From positions 140,244,001 through 140,308,000 of the forward strand of contig CM126214.1 in the NCBI GenBank assembly GCA_052327205.1: a DNA stretch of 64,000 bases, written 5' to 3'. Of this stretch, positions 24,805 to 38,415 are shown one piece after another. The notes below the pieces were generated by a model that had not been told where the DNA came from, ran no database searches, and worked only from the letters and a program-made list of their open reading frames with translations. The translations under genes were made by a program, and so were the position numbers. How positions within the stretch are numbered: position 1 is the first letter of the stretch; the number at the start of each line of letters is the position of its first letter. The DNA comes from Somniosus microcephalus. Lineage: Eukaryota.

Positions 24805-24884
24805 GTAAGAATATTATTTTAGTCAAAGTATTGCTATTATATATATCTTATAAAGTATTTATTCATAAGCAGGACCAGTTGGAC

Positions 24885-25035
24885 AATGGCTTGCTACTGT
24901 TGTTGTGAGTTAGCACACTGCCCTTTTACATGTGGCACTTTGGCTTGAATCCAGCAGACTGATGAAATGAAAGCCTCCTGCCTGCTGGCTCTAAGGGTCC
25001 GACATGAACTGTATCTGTCAGTCTCAACCCACTTT
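24885..25035 (+). mobile_element. Possible ancient LF-SINE-like remnant
   Basis: Degenerate tRNA-like head (ggcttgaatccagc as B box) followed by a body recalled as LF-SINE-like. Heavily diverged. Confidence 0.3.
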
Positions 25036-25999
25036 CACTTTGCACTATTTTGAATGAACTGGTTGACTCATTTGGATGATCTTCTCTGTTCACTATGTTA
25101 ACAAAGTTGTTAACTTGTTTAAACGGTTAATGACTTTGTTTCACCCAAACGTATTAATCAATTTGTTAAAGATAATGTATTTCTGCTACTGCACTGCTAA
25201 TCTGACATTTAATGTGCAAGACTAAATTTCATATTGACATGGTAAGGAGATTTTTTTTTCTGAGATTAGGATTGTGGTCAATTGTTGGGGCACAGTACAG
25301 GAACTTTACTTTGTATCTGGACCATACTATGTCTGACCTGGGAGTGTTCAATGTAGACTTTGGGTACTAAAAATGGGAAAATGTTCCATTCCCCAGTACT
25401 GACATCTCTCCTTATTAAGAACATGAATTCATCAAAAATATAAATTGAAAGAGAACTTTTTGCCATAGAACTTTTTTGATTTGTGTATCTAATTAAGTAT
25501 TAATATGTGTCTTCCTTTGATCTTTAGCTCTGCTACACTTACAACATATTTGTATGCACATTGAAAGAGAGAGTAGCACAAATATTAAAACTGAGCTTTC
25601 TCTGTTTTTATTTTGGAGGCACTGGGGGATTTTGTTCATACTGGTCCAATCCAAAGTTTTATTGCATTTTGTTTGTATTTGTTCTCTCTCTCTCTCTCTC
25701 AAAGGTCAGCAGTGCAAGCACAGGACTTGAGAGACATGCATCTACACACTTGATAAAAACCCAAAAGGGAAATAATTAAACTCATCACAGCCATGGTAAA
25801 ATATAAATGACTCAGATTTAAACTTTCAGTCATAGTGGCATTGTTGCGTTTGGTAGATTGGAGCCTTGTGGCCAATTTGGGCTCCAAATAAAATGTCTGT
25901 TTAATCTAAGAGTAAGACAGTATTTCCGATCTGCTGCCAAATCATTAGAAGAGGAGCCAAGTTCCTCTTCCTTGCATCATTGACGTCTTGATTCATGCA

Positions 26000-26182
26000 G
26001 ACTTTCCAGCTCCCTCTCATCCTTTAGGACCCTCCTTAAAACCCTCTTCTTTCACCCAGCTTTTGGTCACACTTCCTAATACCCCCTTCTTTGGGCCAGC
26101 ATCTGTTTTTAATGATACTTTCTGTGAAACACTTTGGGATATCTGTCTATGTTAAAGGTGTTATTTAAATGCAATTGTTGTT
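26000..26182 (+). mobile_element. L2-type 3' tail fragment
   Basis: ctccttaaaaccc...gcttttggtcac...aaaggtgttatttaaatgcaattgttgttg, reverse-complement similar to 3932-4167. Confidence 0.6.
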
Positions 26183-28786
26183 GGCTTCTCCATATGTTTT
26201 TCACATTAAGTGAATACTGAGGGAAAGTGTGATGCCAGTTGAATTGTTATCTTCCAATACATGTAGAAAATGGATGGAACTTTGCCTTCACCATTACAGG
26301 CCACTGGCGCTGTGCTAGAGTGTAGACTTAATGGCCTAAACTTTATGCTCCAGAAATATTTTATGCACCCGCTCATGTACTTGTTAGATGAAAGCACCTC
26401 CAGAACTGCCTTATGCTACTGAAGGTGAAAATTGCCTGTTAGTACCACTGTCCTTAATTAATAGTCACAAATAAAGGCTTTGTAGAATTTCCATCCAGGC
26501 TTCCTACCCTTACATTCTTTTGGCTACCTGTAGTACCAGGGACTAACATGCAAGCACTTTCCTGCTACTTTACCTGATTTTGAATTATAAGTAAAAATGA
26601 ATAGGAAAATAACATTAGATGTGGCTTATAATGGGGCAACTTGCAAACTCTAAAATGTTTTCTACTGCCTCTCCTGTGTGGGGTAATCGAAGCCCAAATG
26701 CAGCTTAAAGCATTTGTTAGAAATCACTTTAAGTTATTGTTTTAATAAAATTACAGACCATAATTTTTCCACATGGAAGGTAATACAGATCACGAGTGTT
26801 TATCTTATGCAATGAAGCAGTAACTTGTAATCTGTCATTTCCTGCCTGCTTGCTTCCAGTTGTGGGTGCTGAACTTGGAGTAGCTTCAGCTCTTGGGGTC
26901 AAAGAAGCTGCACTGAACTGCTCTGCAAAGTACAGAAGATGCTTTGTGGCGTAGTCTGAGGAATACTGGTGCATTCTTTCCTGCACTACTCAATTATGTC
27001 CTTTGGCTGGTCCACTCCGGAATGACTTGTGGAGATGTTCATAAGCTGGATCATTCTAGGGGAACTGGGCAGAGTAGGGGGAAATACTGGATAAAGAGTG
27101 TAAAGCTTACAAGCCTTCTTGTAAGCCCCATGATTTTAGTTGATGAAACATCAACAGTATCCGTTCACATATTGGGGTCCCTAAATCATAATTCTTACTA
27201 ATTTCACTTAAATTTCTTGGTTCAGGTAAGTGATATGTTCCTATGGAGAAAATGCACAGTCCCCATCAGTCAAATGGAAGCTCTACCTCTGTGGATTTTT
27301 CATTAGTTCAGTCCAGAGGCTGTTAAGCAGAGTGATGGGTTTCTGCACGAGTTGGCCAAGAAAAAGACTCTTTATTTTTCTTGTATATAAAAAGAAACTC
27401 TTGTTTTTGGTTGCCTACAGTGTACTTTTTTTGTAAAAAGCACAAAGCGGCATGGCACTTTGAATTGGAGGCAGCTGTCTTTTCATGCCCTTCCCTCCCA
27501 GCAATTTGATCCTGTTCCTATGACAGCATATGGTACACAATAGACTTGCTACTGAATCTGTCACAGTACCTGACCTTGAATGACCACGTAAGCTGGCCAG
27601 ATCAGGCATATTAATAGTATATGACTCGATGTTTCAAAATTAAATTGAAACATATTAAGGTCATATTCATGAGAAAGATACCCTATAGCACGAGTGAAGG
27701 GAATAGTTATTATTTTTTAAGAAATTAATTAGCGGAGGTTCTTTATGGTCTGTTTGTTTTCCATTCTCCCATTGGCATATCTCTGGTTGGTAAATAGAAC
27801 CTGGTTGTATTTGACACTAGTTCTGTACAAAGAATGTTTTCAATCAGTGTAACAAGCAACAGCTGGAAAAGACAATATCTCTTTTGTTGGCATTTGGCTG
27901 TATTTTGTAACTAGCAAAATAAGTCACGTTGCTCAAATTTAGAAAGACGATTTAAGTATAGATGACAGGAAATAGCGACTGGGATTTTGTTTTAGGACTG
28001 TTAGAAGCAGAGTAGATACAGTGGAGCAGAACATTACACCTGATCATTTACTGGCAGAGTTGTTGTGCATTTAGCCTTAATGAACGAACTGGAACACTTT
28101 CCAGTCACCCTTAGACAGGAAATCCTGGCCCACAGGACTGCATACTGGAGGTGGGGATGGTTGAACTGGCCAAGTTTAGAATCCTGATTCTGGATCAGCA
28201 CTGGTCTGAGACCAGAAGCTATCAGTTCCAACCAAGCAGTACCACCTTTACAATGACTAGCTGTTACCCATTCTTTGCACCTGAAATGCTTAAAGAGATT
28301 GGGCAGCAGTGTCTGCAGTGTCTACTCATTTAATCCCCCGCGACACTGTGTACCATGGTTTAACACTGCAAGTGGAGTTATACTCTTTGTATGGTGTTAA
28401 CCCCAAGTGGTCTGAGACTGCCTTCTCTGGGTAGTTTCACAGCACATCTCTTCAGAGTTGAGTTGCAACTTTGTAAACACATTCTGAGACTCCCTGCCTG
28501 ATTAAATCTTCAGCTCTAGTTCTTATCTCTAGTTAGCTGATGTGTGAAATTTTGTATTGGTACGATTAGATCGGGAATTTGATAAAGGTTTTCAGTGCTG
28601 TGCTTTTCAGTATAAAACAGAGAATATAAACTTCTATTAACCATTAATTATTAATACTTTATTTTCAATTTCTCCCTTTCTCTCCTGAAGGTGCTGGTTA
28701 TTGCTGTGGCTTGGATCCACAGGCCCCAGCAGTCCTTTTGTACCTCGCCACAGTGGCCATTTTTCATGTGTAAGCCTAGACAGAAA

Positions 28787-30790
28787 GGGGGGTAATTTTA
28801 ACCCAACTCAGGGGTGGGGAACCCACGCATTCGGGTGCAACATTGGTTTTACACTCCACCCAATTTTACACTTCATTGACTTCAACAATTGCTCCCCCCC
28901 CACTTCCGCCCAAGTGTCAGCAAACAATTGGGCCGCGATTTCGCCAGCCATGGCGAGTCCGGTGCGACCGGAGTAGACAGCGGCCACAAACTCCGCACCC
29001 GTCTTCATCCCGCCTCATCCAAGTGATTTTGCCCTGACTGGGCTTGTTAAGCCCACCCAGCGAAGTTCCCAGCCAATTAAAAGGAAGTGGGTCTGATGAC
29101 GTCATTTGATGACATCATTTGATGACGCGTCATCAGCCGATTTCCTTAAAGGGGCCATGTCCAAATTAATTTTGACATCTGTGCTGTCAGTGTTCTACAG
29201 CATTGAAGTGCTGCAAACACTGACAGTCACTGCACAGAGGTGCACAGCTGCACCCAGGTTTTCCCATGACTCCCTCCATATGCTTATGGAGGGAGTCACA
29301 GCACGCAGGGAGGTTCTATTCCCTTCCCATGGGTGGAAGAGACCTCCCAGGAGACCAACGCAGCCTGGTTGCACATTGCACAGGAGGACACAAGCAGGGA
29401 TGCAATCGCGCAAACATTTCAATGATCACAGTAGATCACAAAATGTTACTACAAAACCACACTCAACCTCATTCTCCTGTGCCACTCATCACATCCCCAT
29501 CACTCTGCCTTCCCTACCCTACTCCTGCTCATCCTTACTCACATGAACGTACCTTGCAACTCCACCCATCCCTCAAAATATATATATATATATATAAAAT
29601 CACTTCCGCATCTCACTAGCCATCCCTCACACTCACCCTCATCCTTGTCCAATTATACCAACTAACAACACACAAGTGTAGGCACTTAGATGTTTTAGCC
29701 AATGGTCATGTAAACTTTCTGTTAATATGTTATCAACCATTGAAATCCTTATTGTCATCTCTTTGCCTTCTTTGACAGATTTGTGTGCACTTTTGAAAGT
29801 GTCTTAGTGAGTTCCAGTGAATGGTGAGACATAGGGCTGGATTTTCATTCAGGAGTCAGGTAGGAGGCGGGATTACAACTTTCGGGGTTGTAGTCCCGCC
29901 TCCATCGAGATGTGGCCAATCCACGTGATTTTAACTTGATTGACCTTGTTGAGCCCACCCAGCGGGCTCAGCAGGCCAATTAAGGGCCACCCGGCAACAG
30001 GTGACATCACAGATTGAAATTTCATCTGTCAAGAAGTTTTGGCAGATGAAATATCAATGTTTCACAGCTGTTTGAAGCTGTCAAACACTGACAGTCTTAC
30101 TTCTAACCTGAGTCCTTCTCCACAGACTCAGTTAGAAATCTCTCCTGCACAGAAAGCTGAAGGCTGTCACTTTTGACAGTTCACAGCCATTCTGCTTTCT
30201 GTGCCGGTGAGATGAGGGACTCCCGAGACCTAAAGGAAGGAAGGCTGAAAAGGTTAAAAAAAGGTAATTTAAACTTCTTTAAACACTTTAGACACACCAA
30301 ACACACTTACCTTTGCACTCGTGCACACATCACTCACCTGAACACCGACATCTCGACCCCTCCAAGCCATTCATCCCGACGGTCCGCCTCCTCTAACTTG
30401 GCATGGTTTGGAGCCGTCGGGAATCCCACACTTCAACCTTAAAAATAGGGATTAGGCTAAAAACTGCCTGTTAACTACCTGTTAACAGGCAGTTAATTGG
30501 CACTAATCCCTTCCCGCCTCGGGTAGGCGGGTCCCAGTGCAGGGTGGGTACCCGCCTCCTTTGAAACTGGCATGGAGGCGGGTTGGGTGCGGGATGGGGT
30601 TGGGACCCCTGATTTCGGGATTTTAACCCCCCACACGCCTCCAATCTCAACTCCACGGCCCAATGAAAATCCTGCCCATAATGTCCACCGCCCCCCACCC
30701 CCCCCCGCAATGGCGATGAGTGTGAAAGGAATGGCTTGGGCATTGTGGGGATGCTTTATGGCACTGGTGTGGGGTGGTGCCAACCTGGTC
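28787..30790 (+). mobile_element. Harbinger deletion derivative (family C) with decayed Myb/SANT exon, interrupted by MITE A copy 2
   Basis: Left end ggggggtaattttaacc. Translation AAPRFSHDSLHMLMEGVTARREVLFPSHGWKRPP resembles the Myb/SANT exon at 47223-47462. Collinear with 59950-60790. Confidence 0.75.
29834..30677 (+). mobile_element. Harbinger-type MITE family A, copy 2 (844 bp)
   Basis: TIR GGGCTGGATTTTCATT / AATGAAAATCCTGCCC, TSD ATA. The paralogous empty site gagacata|acgtcc is visible at ~60691-60704. Confidence 0.93.
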
Positions 30791-31194
30791 CACACTTATA
30801 CCACCCTTTGCGTGAAGAAGTGTTTCCCAACTTCTCTCCTGAATGGCCTGGCTCTGATTTTACAATTATGTTCCCTTGTCCTAGGCTGCCCCACCAGTGG
30901 AAGAAGTTTCTCTGTAGCTACCCTATCAATTCCTTTCAAAATTCTAAAAACCTTAATCAAATCACCCCTTAACCTTATTTATTCCAAGGAATGCAAGCCT
31001 AGTTTATGTAATCTCTCCTCATAATTTAACCCTTGGAACCCTGATAACATTCTAGTGATCTGCACTGCACTCGTTCCAAGGTCAATATATCCTTTCTAAG
31101 GTGTGGTGCCCAGAGCTGGGCTAACCAGGGCTTTGTATAGCTGCAGCAAAGCTTCCTCCCCAATATATTCTAGCCCTCTAGTTACAAAGACTAA
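30791..31194 (-). mobile_element. CR1 RT C-terminal fragment
   Basis: accaccctttgcgtgaagaag...aatcacccct...ggtgtggtgcccaga...ctttgtatagctgcagc. Confidence 0.75.
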
Positions 31195-31394
31195 GGGCTG
31201 AATTTTACCGGTGCTCAGCGTGCAGGTTTGGAGGCGGGTCTGCTGTCAAAATCATATCCCTGAGCAGACCCAATACTTGGGAAACTTAAAGGAGGTGTGT
31301 TTACAGCGGGATGCCGACCCGCTGTCAATCTTTGTGATTTTGACATCGGAGCCACCTCCAAACCCGCACTCTGAGCGCTGGTAAAATTCAGCCC
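31195..31394. mobile_element. 200-bp fold-back Harbinger MITE
   Basis: TIR GGGCTGAATTTTACC / GGTAAAATTCAGCCC with ~60-bp imperfect inverted arms. The right arm matches the end of the 59950-61578 element. Confidence 0.85.
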
Positions 31395-33835
31395 TCTGTG
31401 TGTGGAGAGCATGACAGGTGACCTCCGATCCTATTCACAATGTTTGCAAAGACACATATCTACCTGATTTCCTCTCCTCTTTGCCCAAAGGTGCAGAAGC
31501 TGAGATCAGGTAACTCAGCAGACTAGGAATTGACCCTGAAACTTTTTGGTCTGTACGTTTTAGAGCTGGATCGGCCAGTGGCTTTAAAAGTCCAATGAAT
31601 TAATTATGATTCATTTTAACATCATTTTGTTTTAACAGTGTGGCTTTATGATCTCATTGAGAAAACTGGCTTAGAGGTCTTGCTGTGTGCATCAGTGTGA
31701 GGGGGCTGAATTAACATACGCAGTTGTAATGGAAATCCCTAGGTTAATGACAGTATCTACTGACGTTAATTCAGTTGCCTCAGACTGCTGGGCTCTGAAA
31801 TCGCAGCCAGTTCGCCTTTCTTTTCTCATCTAAGCCCACAGTTTAAACTGAAATATTCCAACTCTCTCTCCAAATAAACAGTAATAAGAAAACAATAACT
31901 GCTTACAGGATGTTAATAGTCCATCTTAATTCTTTTAACACTTTGGGGGGGAAATAAAAGTACTGATGGTGAGGCTTCCTCTTAAACCTGCTGCTTCCAA
32001 TTTTTGTTGTTAACCGATGGAGCTTCTGCTTTTTCAGTAGCATAAGGGTTAGTATAAAGGAGAAAAATGAATTAAATGTTTAGGAAGAAAAAGAGCTCTC
32101 GGCTTGCAGCCGCTGAAATTGTATGCAGTATCATTAAAAATAAAATTCTCATCTTGATGTGGAGAGCTCTCCTGTATCATGTAGAATCTCCTCATTATAT
32201 GCAGCACTATTATACAGCCAGCTATTGCTGCCCATCAATAGAAATGTGAATGACAGTTGTTGGGAATTTCCTGTTTAAAATGCCTGGAGTTAATTTCCCC
32301 CCTGAATGGATATGGCTGGCACACAGTAAGATTCTAGGTTGGATTACCACAACTGCTTTTTATAAAACTGGCCAATTGAAGTATCTGAATTATTTCCCTT
32401 GGTATTTACTTTAGCTGGCTGTCGAGAGTCAAGTACTGAAAGAGAGAAAAAATGAAATAACTCACATTTATATAGCCCCTTTCACAACATCAGGACGTCC
32501 CAAAGCACTTTACAGCCAACAAAGTGTAGTCACTGTTGTAATGTAGAGAGAGTAATGCCATGTAAATGCAAGTTCTTTCTTTTCTTTTATGTGAGAGACA
32601 CTTTGAGAAGTTTGGATTGTATAGGAAGAGATGTTTAGATTGGATTTGTTATAAATCTCAAAACATGATCTGTTATGAATAGTCAAAAATATTGCTATCT
32701 CTATTCATAACAGCACCCGTGTGGTACTGTAGTGGGCTTTAGTTTTTGTCAGCAGTAATACAGGCCAACAAGTTGCAACCCAGCACAACCACAACACAGC
32801 AACGTGGCACCAGCATAGCCTGTCTTTTAACTCCAGCCAGCTTTCAGAGCATTGGCAAAGCTAGAGCTACAGTTGTCAAGTGCTCAACTCCTTTTATTTA
32901 CCCCCAATTACAAGGTGCCAACAGTATTTTTAAATATTATAATCATTCATATACTGTCAAAGCCGGCATCCATTAATAGTAGATATTTAAAAGGACCAAA
33001 GGGGATTAAATAGGAGCTGATAAGATCGCAGGTTGCTTGACATAAGTCCTGTCAAGTTACAGCAGTGTCATCTTGTCAGGTTTTTATTTCATCTACTCTG
33101 CTATCTGGACAAAATATTCCTAAATATCTTTCTAGGATTTAGATTTTCTTCATTTTGTGGAAAGAAGTCCTTAAAAAGTATAAATTAGTGACACTAAACC
33201 TAACTTCAGTTTTAAGAAAATAGTATGCCACTGATTTTTTTAGTATGTTATTTTTGGTTTATTTTGAATGAGTAAATCAACCTTGACAAAAGGAAGGTTT
33301 CTTTAGCAAGAAAGTTATTTTTGGCAGTGCGGAGGTCCTGTCAGTAAAAGAGAAAGTACCGATGTGGTCCTCAGTATTATGAGTAATGTATAAGAGGCTG
33401 GATTTGTTAAGTGACATGAGCAATCATTGGTCCACACAAACTGATTTCTACTATAGCACTTACCTCATGGGACAAGTTAAGTTTGGTGTGTATGGTTGTC
33501 TTTACTCAAGCAGTTGCTGTAATTAGTACACCCTACTCACCTACAGCCACTATTTCTCCTTTATTTGTTATTATCTTTGCAGACATAAGCGATGTAATCT
33601 TGTGAAAGAATATCTGTTACAGCAGGCAGATGTTCCCAAGTGACTAAGTTTGCATCGGTGATGGCTACTATTATTAGAGTCATTACACATTGCAGCACAC
33701 CCCTCCCCTCCCCTCCCCCAGTAGTTCTGGCAAGTCGTTACAAAAGAAAAGACAAATAAGCAAAAGGGTGTTTGCAGATTGATGCTTCCCAACACAGACA
33801 AATTCTTGATGCCAGTACAGTTTATTTTTAAAGTC

Positions 33836-34180
33836 CACTTTTTCTTCTGAATGTGTTGACTCTTTCAGGCCTCTGGAACTTCACCCAATTGGCCATTCTT
33901 GAAGTGTGAGCCTAGATGGTGAATGTTGTTCGTCAGCCATAGATGATATCACATTTGAGCTGAATTCTGTCTTTACCTGACATCTACAAACATGCACTTT
34001 CCAGCAGGTGTCACTGGGTAGTGATCAGGAACAGGAACTTTGACTATTTTTTCCCTTCCCTGGCCCAGGGTGCTGAGGCTCATTGTAGCACAATAACTGC
34101 TGCCCATGTTAAGATCAACAAACTCAGCACAGAGTGTGAATCAAAGCTGGGACCTTCTGATCTGCATAGTTCAGAGCTGT
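33836..34180 (-). mobile_element. Old tRNA-SINE-like repeat (motif gtgctgagtt...gatct); relatives at ~28655-28786, ~31400-31570, ~35340-35392, ~57630-58880
   Basis: Recurrent motifs aactcagcacaga / gtgagcctaga / ctcctgaagg at several loci. Confidence 0.5.
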
Positions 34181-35862
34181 ATAAGGTGATACCCACACAG
34201 ATTCAGTGAGGGACCATTGACTATAACACTAAATGTTGTGAAGCTCCACTTGTCGTGCAAAGCTCTGGTTGATGGGAGCACAAGTCATAGATTTGGACAT
34301 AGAGGTCACCACATCTGATTCACGTTGCTAATGATTTTCCAGTCCTTAAAATAAATCCCACAAAATCAAGAGCGATGTAAATCAAGTGTACAAAGCTCTG
34401 TGCCCAACTCTTCAATCCACCTTCTCATTGAGTGAGACTTTGCCTAAGGAGGAAGCCTTGCAATGTTAACCTTATAGCATCACTTCAGTGAAAAGAAACT
34501 TGGAAAAGAAAATCAACCTATTTTCAGATTATGAAAAATCATTTTAATAATTCCTCCTAACTGATTACAGGGTTTGGTGTCGATTCTTGTGCGGTGACCA
34601 TGTGCTTTTGCTGGTGCACATCTTATGAGGCTTCGAGAGTCGCATTTTAAAGCCTGGCTCGCTTTCCTGTTGCAGGAATCTTACCCAGAATACTTCATGC
34701 CTTCCCATGAAATCTGCTTTTGATTTCCACGGATGAGGCTGGCTGTAAATCATTCAGCATGGCTTTGCTTGTGAGCTGTTCAATCAGCCTCCCCAGTAAA
34801 GTAGTCTGTTTGTCATGCTTGCTCTGCTTTCATAAAAGCATTTTTAGATGACTTAAATTTGCTTTCTTAAAGCCAGAAAAAGAGTGAAAACTATTGTGAA
34901 CCATTGGATGTTATTGCTGAGTGCTTGTGAAGCATGAACCATAGAAATAAGGAATTCATTCCAGAACTATCAGCCTGCATGTGCATAATAAAAAGTAATG
35001 ATTTTCTACCAAAATTAAACTAATGAAAAATTAAGATTACAGAGGAAATTGTTAATCTGCATACTTTGAGATTTAATTTATTTGAACACCCTCTTGATAT
35101 TTCAGTCTGCTCTTAATTGAATCAATCATCATCCTAATAAGTAAATAATATTTTTCTTTCCTTGTAATGATGAGTCCATTTATATAATGATGAGTTCCTC
35201 TCATTAGAAATAATGAGGTGAAATAATGCTGAACACTTCTTTCATGACAAGCAGTGATAGAGGTGGCGGTGGTGACATTTCCACTTTGCCAGTTAAGATT
35301 TCTTTCAATAGAAAGAATTGAGAAATGCACTGCCCCGTATTGGAACTGAGCTATAGACCAGACATTTTCAGGTTTGTGCTGAGTTAGCTGACAGTTTTAA
35401 ATATTTATTTACCCAATTCATATTTTTAGGTAAAAAAAATTGCTCACTTGTGGTCGATTTGAATGAAGAGCAGCGTCTCTGGCTTTCCAAGTAGATGCAA
35501 AGACTTTTGAAGTAATCTCTAAAATTGCCTGTGCTACAAGAATTCCGAATCCCATCTTCAGATGTGGATTGCTTTCACCACGTTCAAGTGCAGTTTTTCA
35601 TTTCTTCTCATGAGAAGAGCTCATTATTCTATAGAGGAACCAAATCTCTTTGCATGAAGCAGTTTTACTTCCTGAATATGCTGGCCTAGTGCCAGTCCAG
35701 AGCAAGGCTGGTACAAGTGTTTAGCGATGCTACTAAACACTTAAAGCCTTTTAGAGATTCTGAACAGCCGTTAACATTTTCTTCTGATTAATTTTGAATC
35801 CTTTTCCACAAAGTTCTCAACTACCCAAATAAGAATCTTTTAGTTTATGATGGTCGCTAAGG

Positions 35863-36225
35863 TTGTTTTTCATTCTTGGGATGTGGGTGTCATTGTCAAG
35901 ACTGGTATTTATTGCCCAACCCCTAGTCACCCTACTGAGTGGCTTGATAGGCCACTTCTGAGGGCAGTTAAGAGTGTGGGACTGGAGTCACATATAGGCC
36001 AGACCGGGTAAGGACGGCAGATTTCCTTCCCTAAAGGACATTAGTGAACCAGTTGGGTTTTTTCAACAATCCAACAGCTGTTTGGTCACTTTTCACTGAC
36101 ACCAGTTTTTTATTTCCAGATTTTTTTGAAAATCTGAATCAAATTATCAAACTATCTTGGTGGGATTTGAACTCATGTTCTCTAAATTCCTAGTCCAGCA
36201 ACATAACCGCTACACTACTGCACCC
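35863..36225 (-). mobile_element. Full-length tRNA-headed SINE paired with the Zenon-like LINE
   Basis: Minus strand: gggtgcagTAGTGTAGCGG (A-box-like) ... GAGTTCAAATCC (B box). Body matches LINE 10048-10297 and tail matches the LINE 3' end (17061-17130). Confidence 0.85.
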
Positions 36226-36610
36226 CTGTTGATGAATGATTACTTAATTACATGTTACACATTCCTGTATTAAAATCAAACAAAGTGTAAGTTCACTGGC
36301 AGACTAGTCATAGTTAATACCTGAAAAGTGCAGGTTTGATATAGAATAATTACACATAAACTTCAAAATTTGTTTCCTGATGCATTAACGGTTTGAATCT
36401 GTGTTTGTTTCCAGTTTGGCTATAAACAACAGTTCAAACCACAACACTTTGGACTATGCGATCGATTCAGTAAAATAACTTTCCCTTTAAAATGAGCATA
36501 GGGATGGCTTCAAAGTATTTAGCTGAGATCATGTTACCAGCTCAGACTGGCTGTAGATAACCTGATATCTTTAGATAACTCCTGCCTTGCAATGAAGACC
36601 TGTGCCTCTC

Positions 36611-36780
36611 TTTTCGACTTTCCTCCCGGCCGTAAAACTGGTGATGTGGATCAGCTGCTCTTTACAGAATCTGCCTGATTTTCATTTCTATTGAAAAGAA
36701 TGGAAATGAAAATCGGGCACTTTCTATAACTGGTGGCCGATCTGCAATGGCAGTTTTACGCCCCGGTTGAAAAGCTACCC
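36611..36780. mobile_element. ~170-bp palindromic MITE remnant
   Basis: Whole-length inverted symmetry centred on gattttcatttctattgaaaagaatggaaatgaaaatc, with arms cgtaaaactg / cagttttacg. Confidence 0.7.
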
Positions 36781-37079
36781 CAATACGATTCACCTGGGCC
36801 ATTAGTTAGGGCACCTTGCCCTGGGGGAAAAAGACAACCCTCTGCTTTAATTTACTTGTGGTAATCACATTTCCTGTTTGAAAAAAACATGTCATAGTAT
36901 TGATACCAGAATTTGTGAAATGGTCAGCTTGTTGTCCTTCCCAGTCAAAATAATCTTGTCTTAATGAGAACATAAGAAAAGTCAAGGATAAGAAGAGACC
37001 ATTTAGCCCATTGAAGCTTAGCCTTCTGATACCCTAACTATCTTAGCATCAAATTGTATTTTGAACCTCCCCGTTATTT

Positions 37080-37169
37080 AAAATAAAATCAGAAAATGCT
37101 GGGAAACACTCAACAGGTCAGGCAGCATCAGTGGGGAGAGAAACAGAGTTAACGTTTCGGGTCGATGAC
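37080..37169 (-). mobile_element. Penelope-like fragment (truncated, lacks the CUGANGA core)
   Basis: Reverse complement of 22664-22755. Confidence 0.75.
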
Positions 37170-37269
37170 TGTTATTTATGCTTTACTGGCTTTTATAGTA
37201 CTTAATAGATAAATCTGAAGTAAAGAGAGCTAAAACTTGTATTTAGATTACACCGTTCATGAATTTGGA

Positions 37270-37771
37270 TGATCAGCCATGATCACATTGAATGGCGGAG
37301 CAGGCTCGAAGGGCCGAATGGCCTACTCCTGCTCCTATCTTCTATGTTTCTATGTCTCAAATTAGGGTTGTATTCCCCAGAATTTAGAAGGTGAAGGGGT
37401 GATCCGATCGAAGTTTTCAGGATATTAAGGGGAACAGATAGGGTCGATAGAGAGAAACTATTTCTGCTGGTTGGGGATTCTAGGACTAGGGGGCATAGTC
37501 TAAAAATTAGAGCCAGACCTTTCAGGAGTGAAATTAGGAAACACTTCTACACACAAAGAGTGGTAAAAGTTTGGAACTCTCTTCCACAAATGGCAATTGA
37601 TGCTGGGTCAATTGTTAATTTTAAATCTGAGATTGATAGCTTTTTGTTAACCAAAGATATTAAGGGATATGGGCCAAAGGTGGATATATGGAGTTAGATC
37701 GCAGATCGGCCATGATCTCATTGAATGGCGAAACAGGCTCGAGGGCTCAATGGCCTCCTCCTGTTCCTATG
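37270..37771 (+). mobile_element. Two tandem CR1 3' ends
   Basis: Tail ...cctactcctgctcctatcttctatgtttctatgt (ends ~37355), then a second 3' end ...cctcctcctgttcctatgt (ends ~37771). Confidence 0.85.
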
Positions 37772-37774
37772 TCT

Positions 37775-38025
37775 TCAGGATGTACCAAAGTGCTTTACAG
37801 CCAAAAGATTACTTTTTTTGAATTATATTACAGTTACTGTTGTTATGTAGGCCAAAGCAGCAGCCACTATGTACACAGCAAGGTCACACAAACAGCAAAT
37901 GCATGAATAACTAATAATCTGTTTTTGATGGTGTTGGTTGAAGGGGGAATGCTGCCCAGCACAATCGGGAAAATTCCTGAATATTTTTTGAATAGTGCCA
38001 TGGGATCTTTTACTACCTTATCATT
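37775..38025 (-). mobile_element. Deu-domain SINE (SacSINE1/AmnSINE1-like); tail fragments also at ~32458-32546 (-) and ~51609-51715 (+)
   Basis: Minus strand gtaaaagatcccatggcactattc...cattcccccttcaaccaacacca (Deu-domain, from recall), and tail ggctgtaaagcactttgg..atcctga. Confidence 0.65.
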
Positions 38026-38415
38026 TCTGGTTCCTTTGGGTTGAGAAAACTGAGACATACACAGCATACTCTAGCTGCCCTGTCACATCAATATTGTACA
38101 CTGGGCACCAATCTTGATATTGGTGATGCACTTGCAGCAGTGTGAGGCCCCAACTCTTTGCTGAATTTGAATGAAGCCTTTACACAGCTTAGATGTGGAT
38201 TCATGATGAAACTGATTCAAAGTGAGATCATAAAACCATTGGATATATTTTAGTTTTGGATGTTCTACCAAATCATCCTTTTTGCCTGCCGTGCCTTAAT
38301 TGCATAAAAACAGACAAAGCAGTAAAGAATAGGAACTTACGATATTTTTGTTACTGTATAGATTTGTACAACCCTATTAATCCTTAATCATGTTATGGTC
38401 AAAGCTAAATACATT

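Noticed and set aside
36150-36225. tRNA gene
   Set aside because: A/B-box-like motifs are present, but they run into a SINE body and LINE tail, and no convincing cloverleaf is seen.
37140-37170. Second hammerhead ribozyme
   Set aside because: Truncated before the CUGANGA core and antisense to the host transcript.
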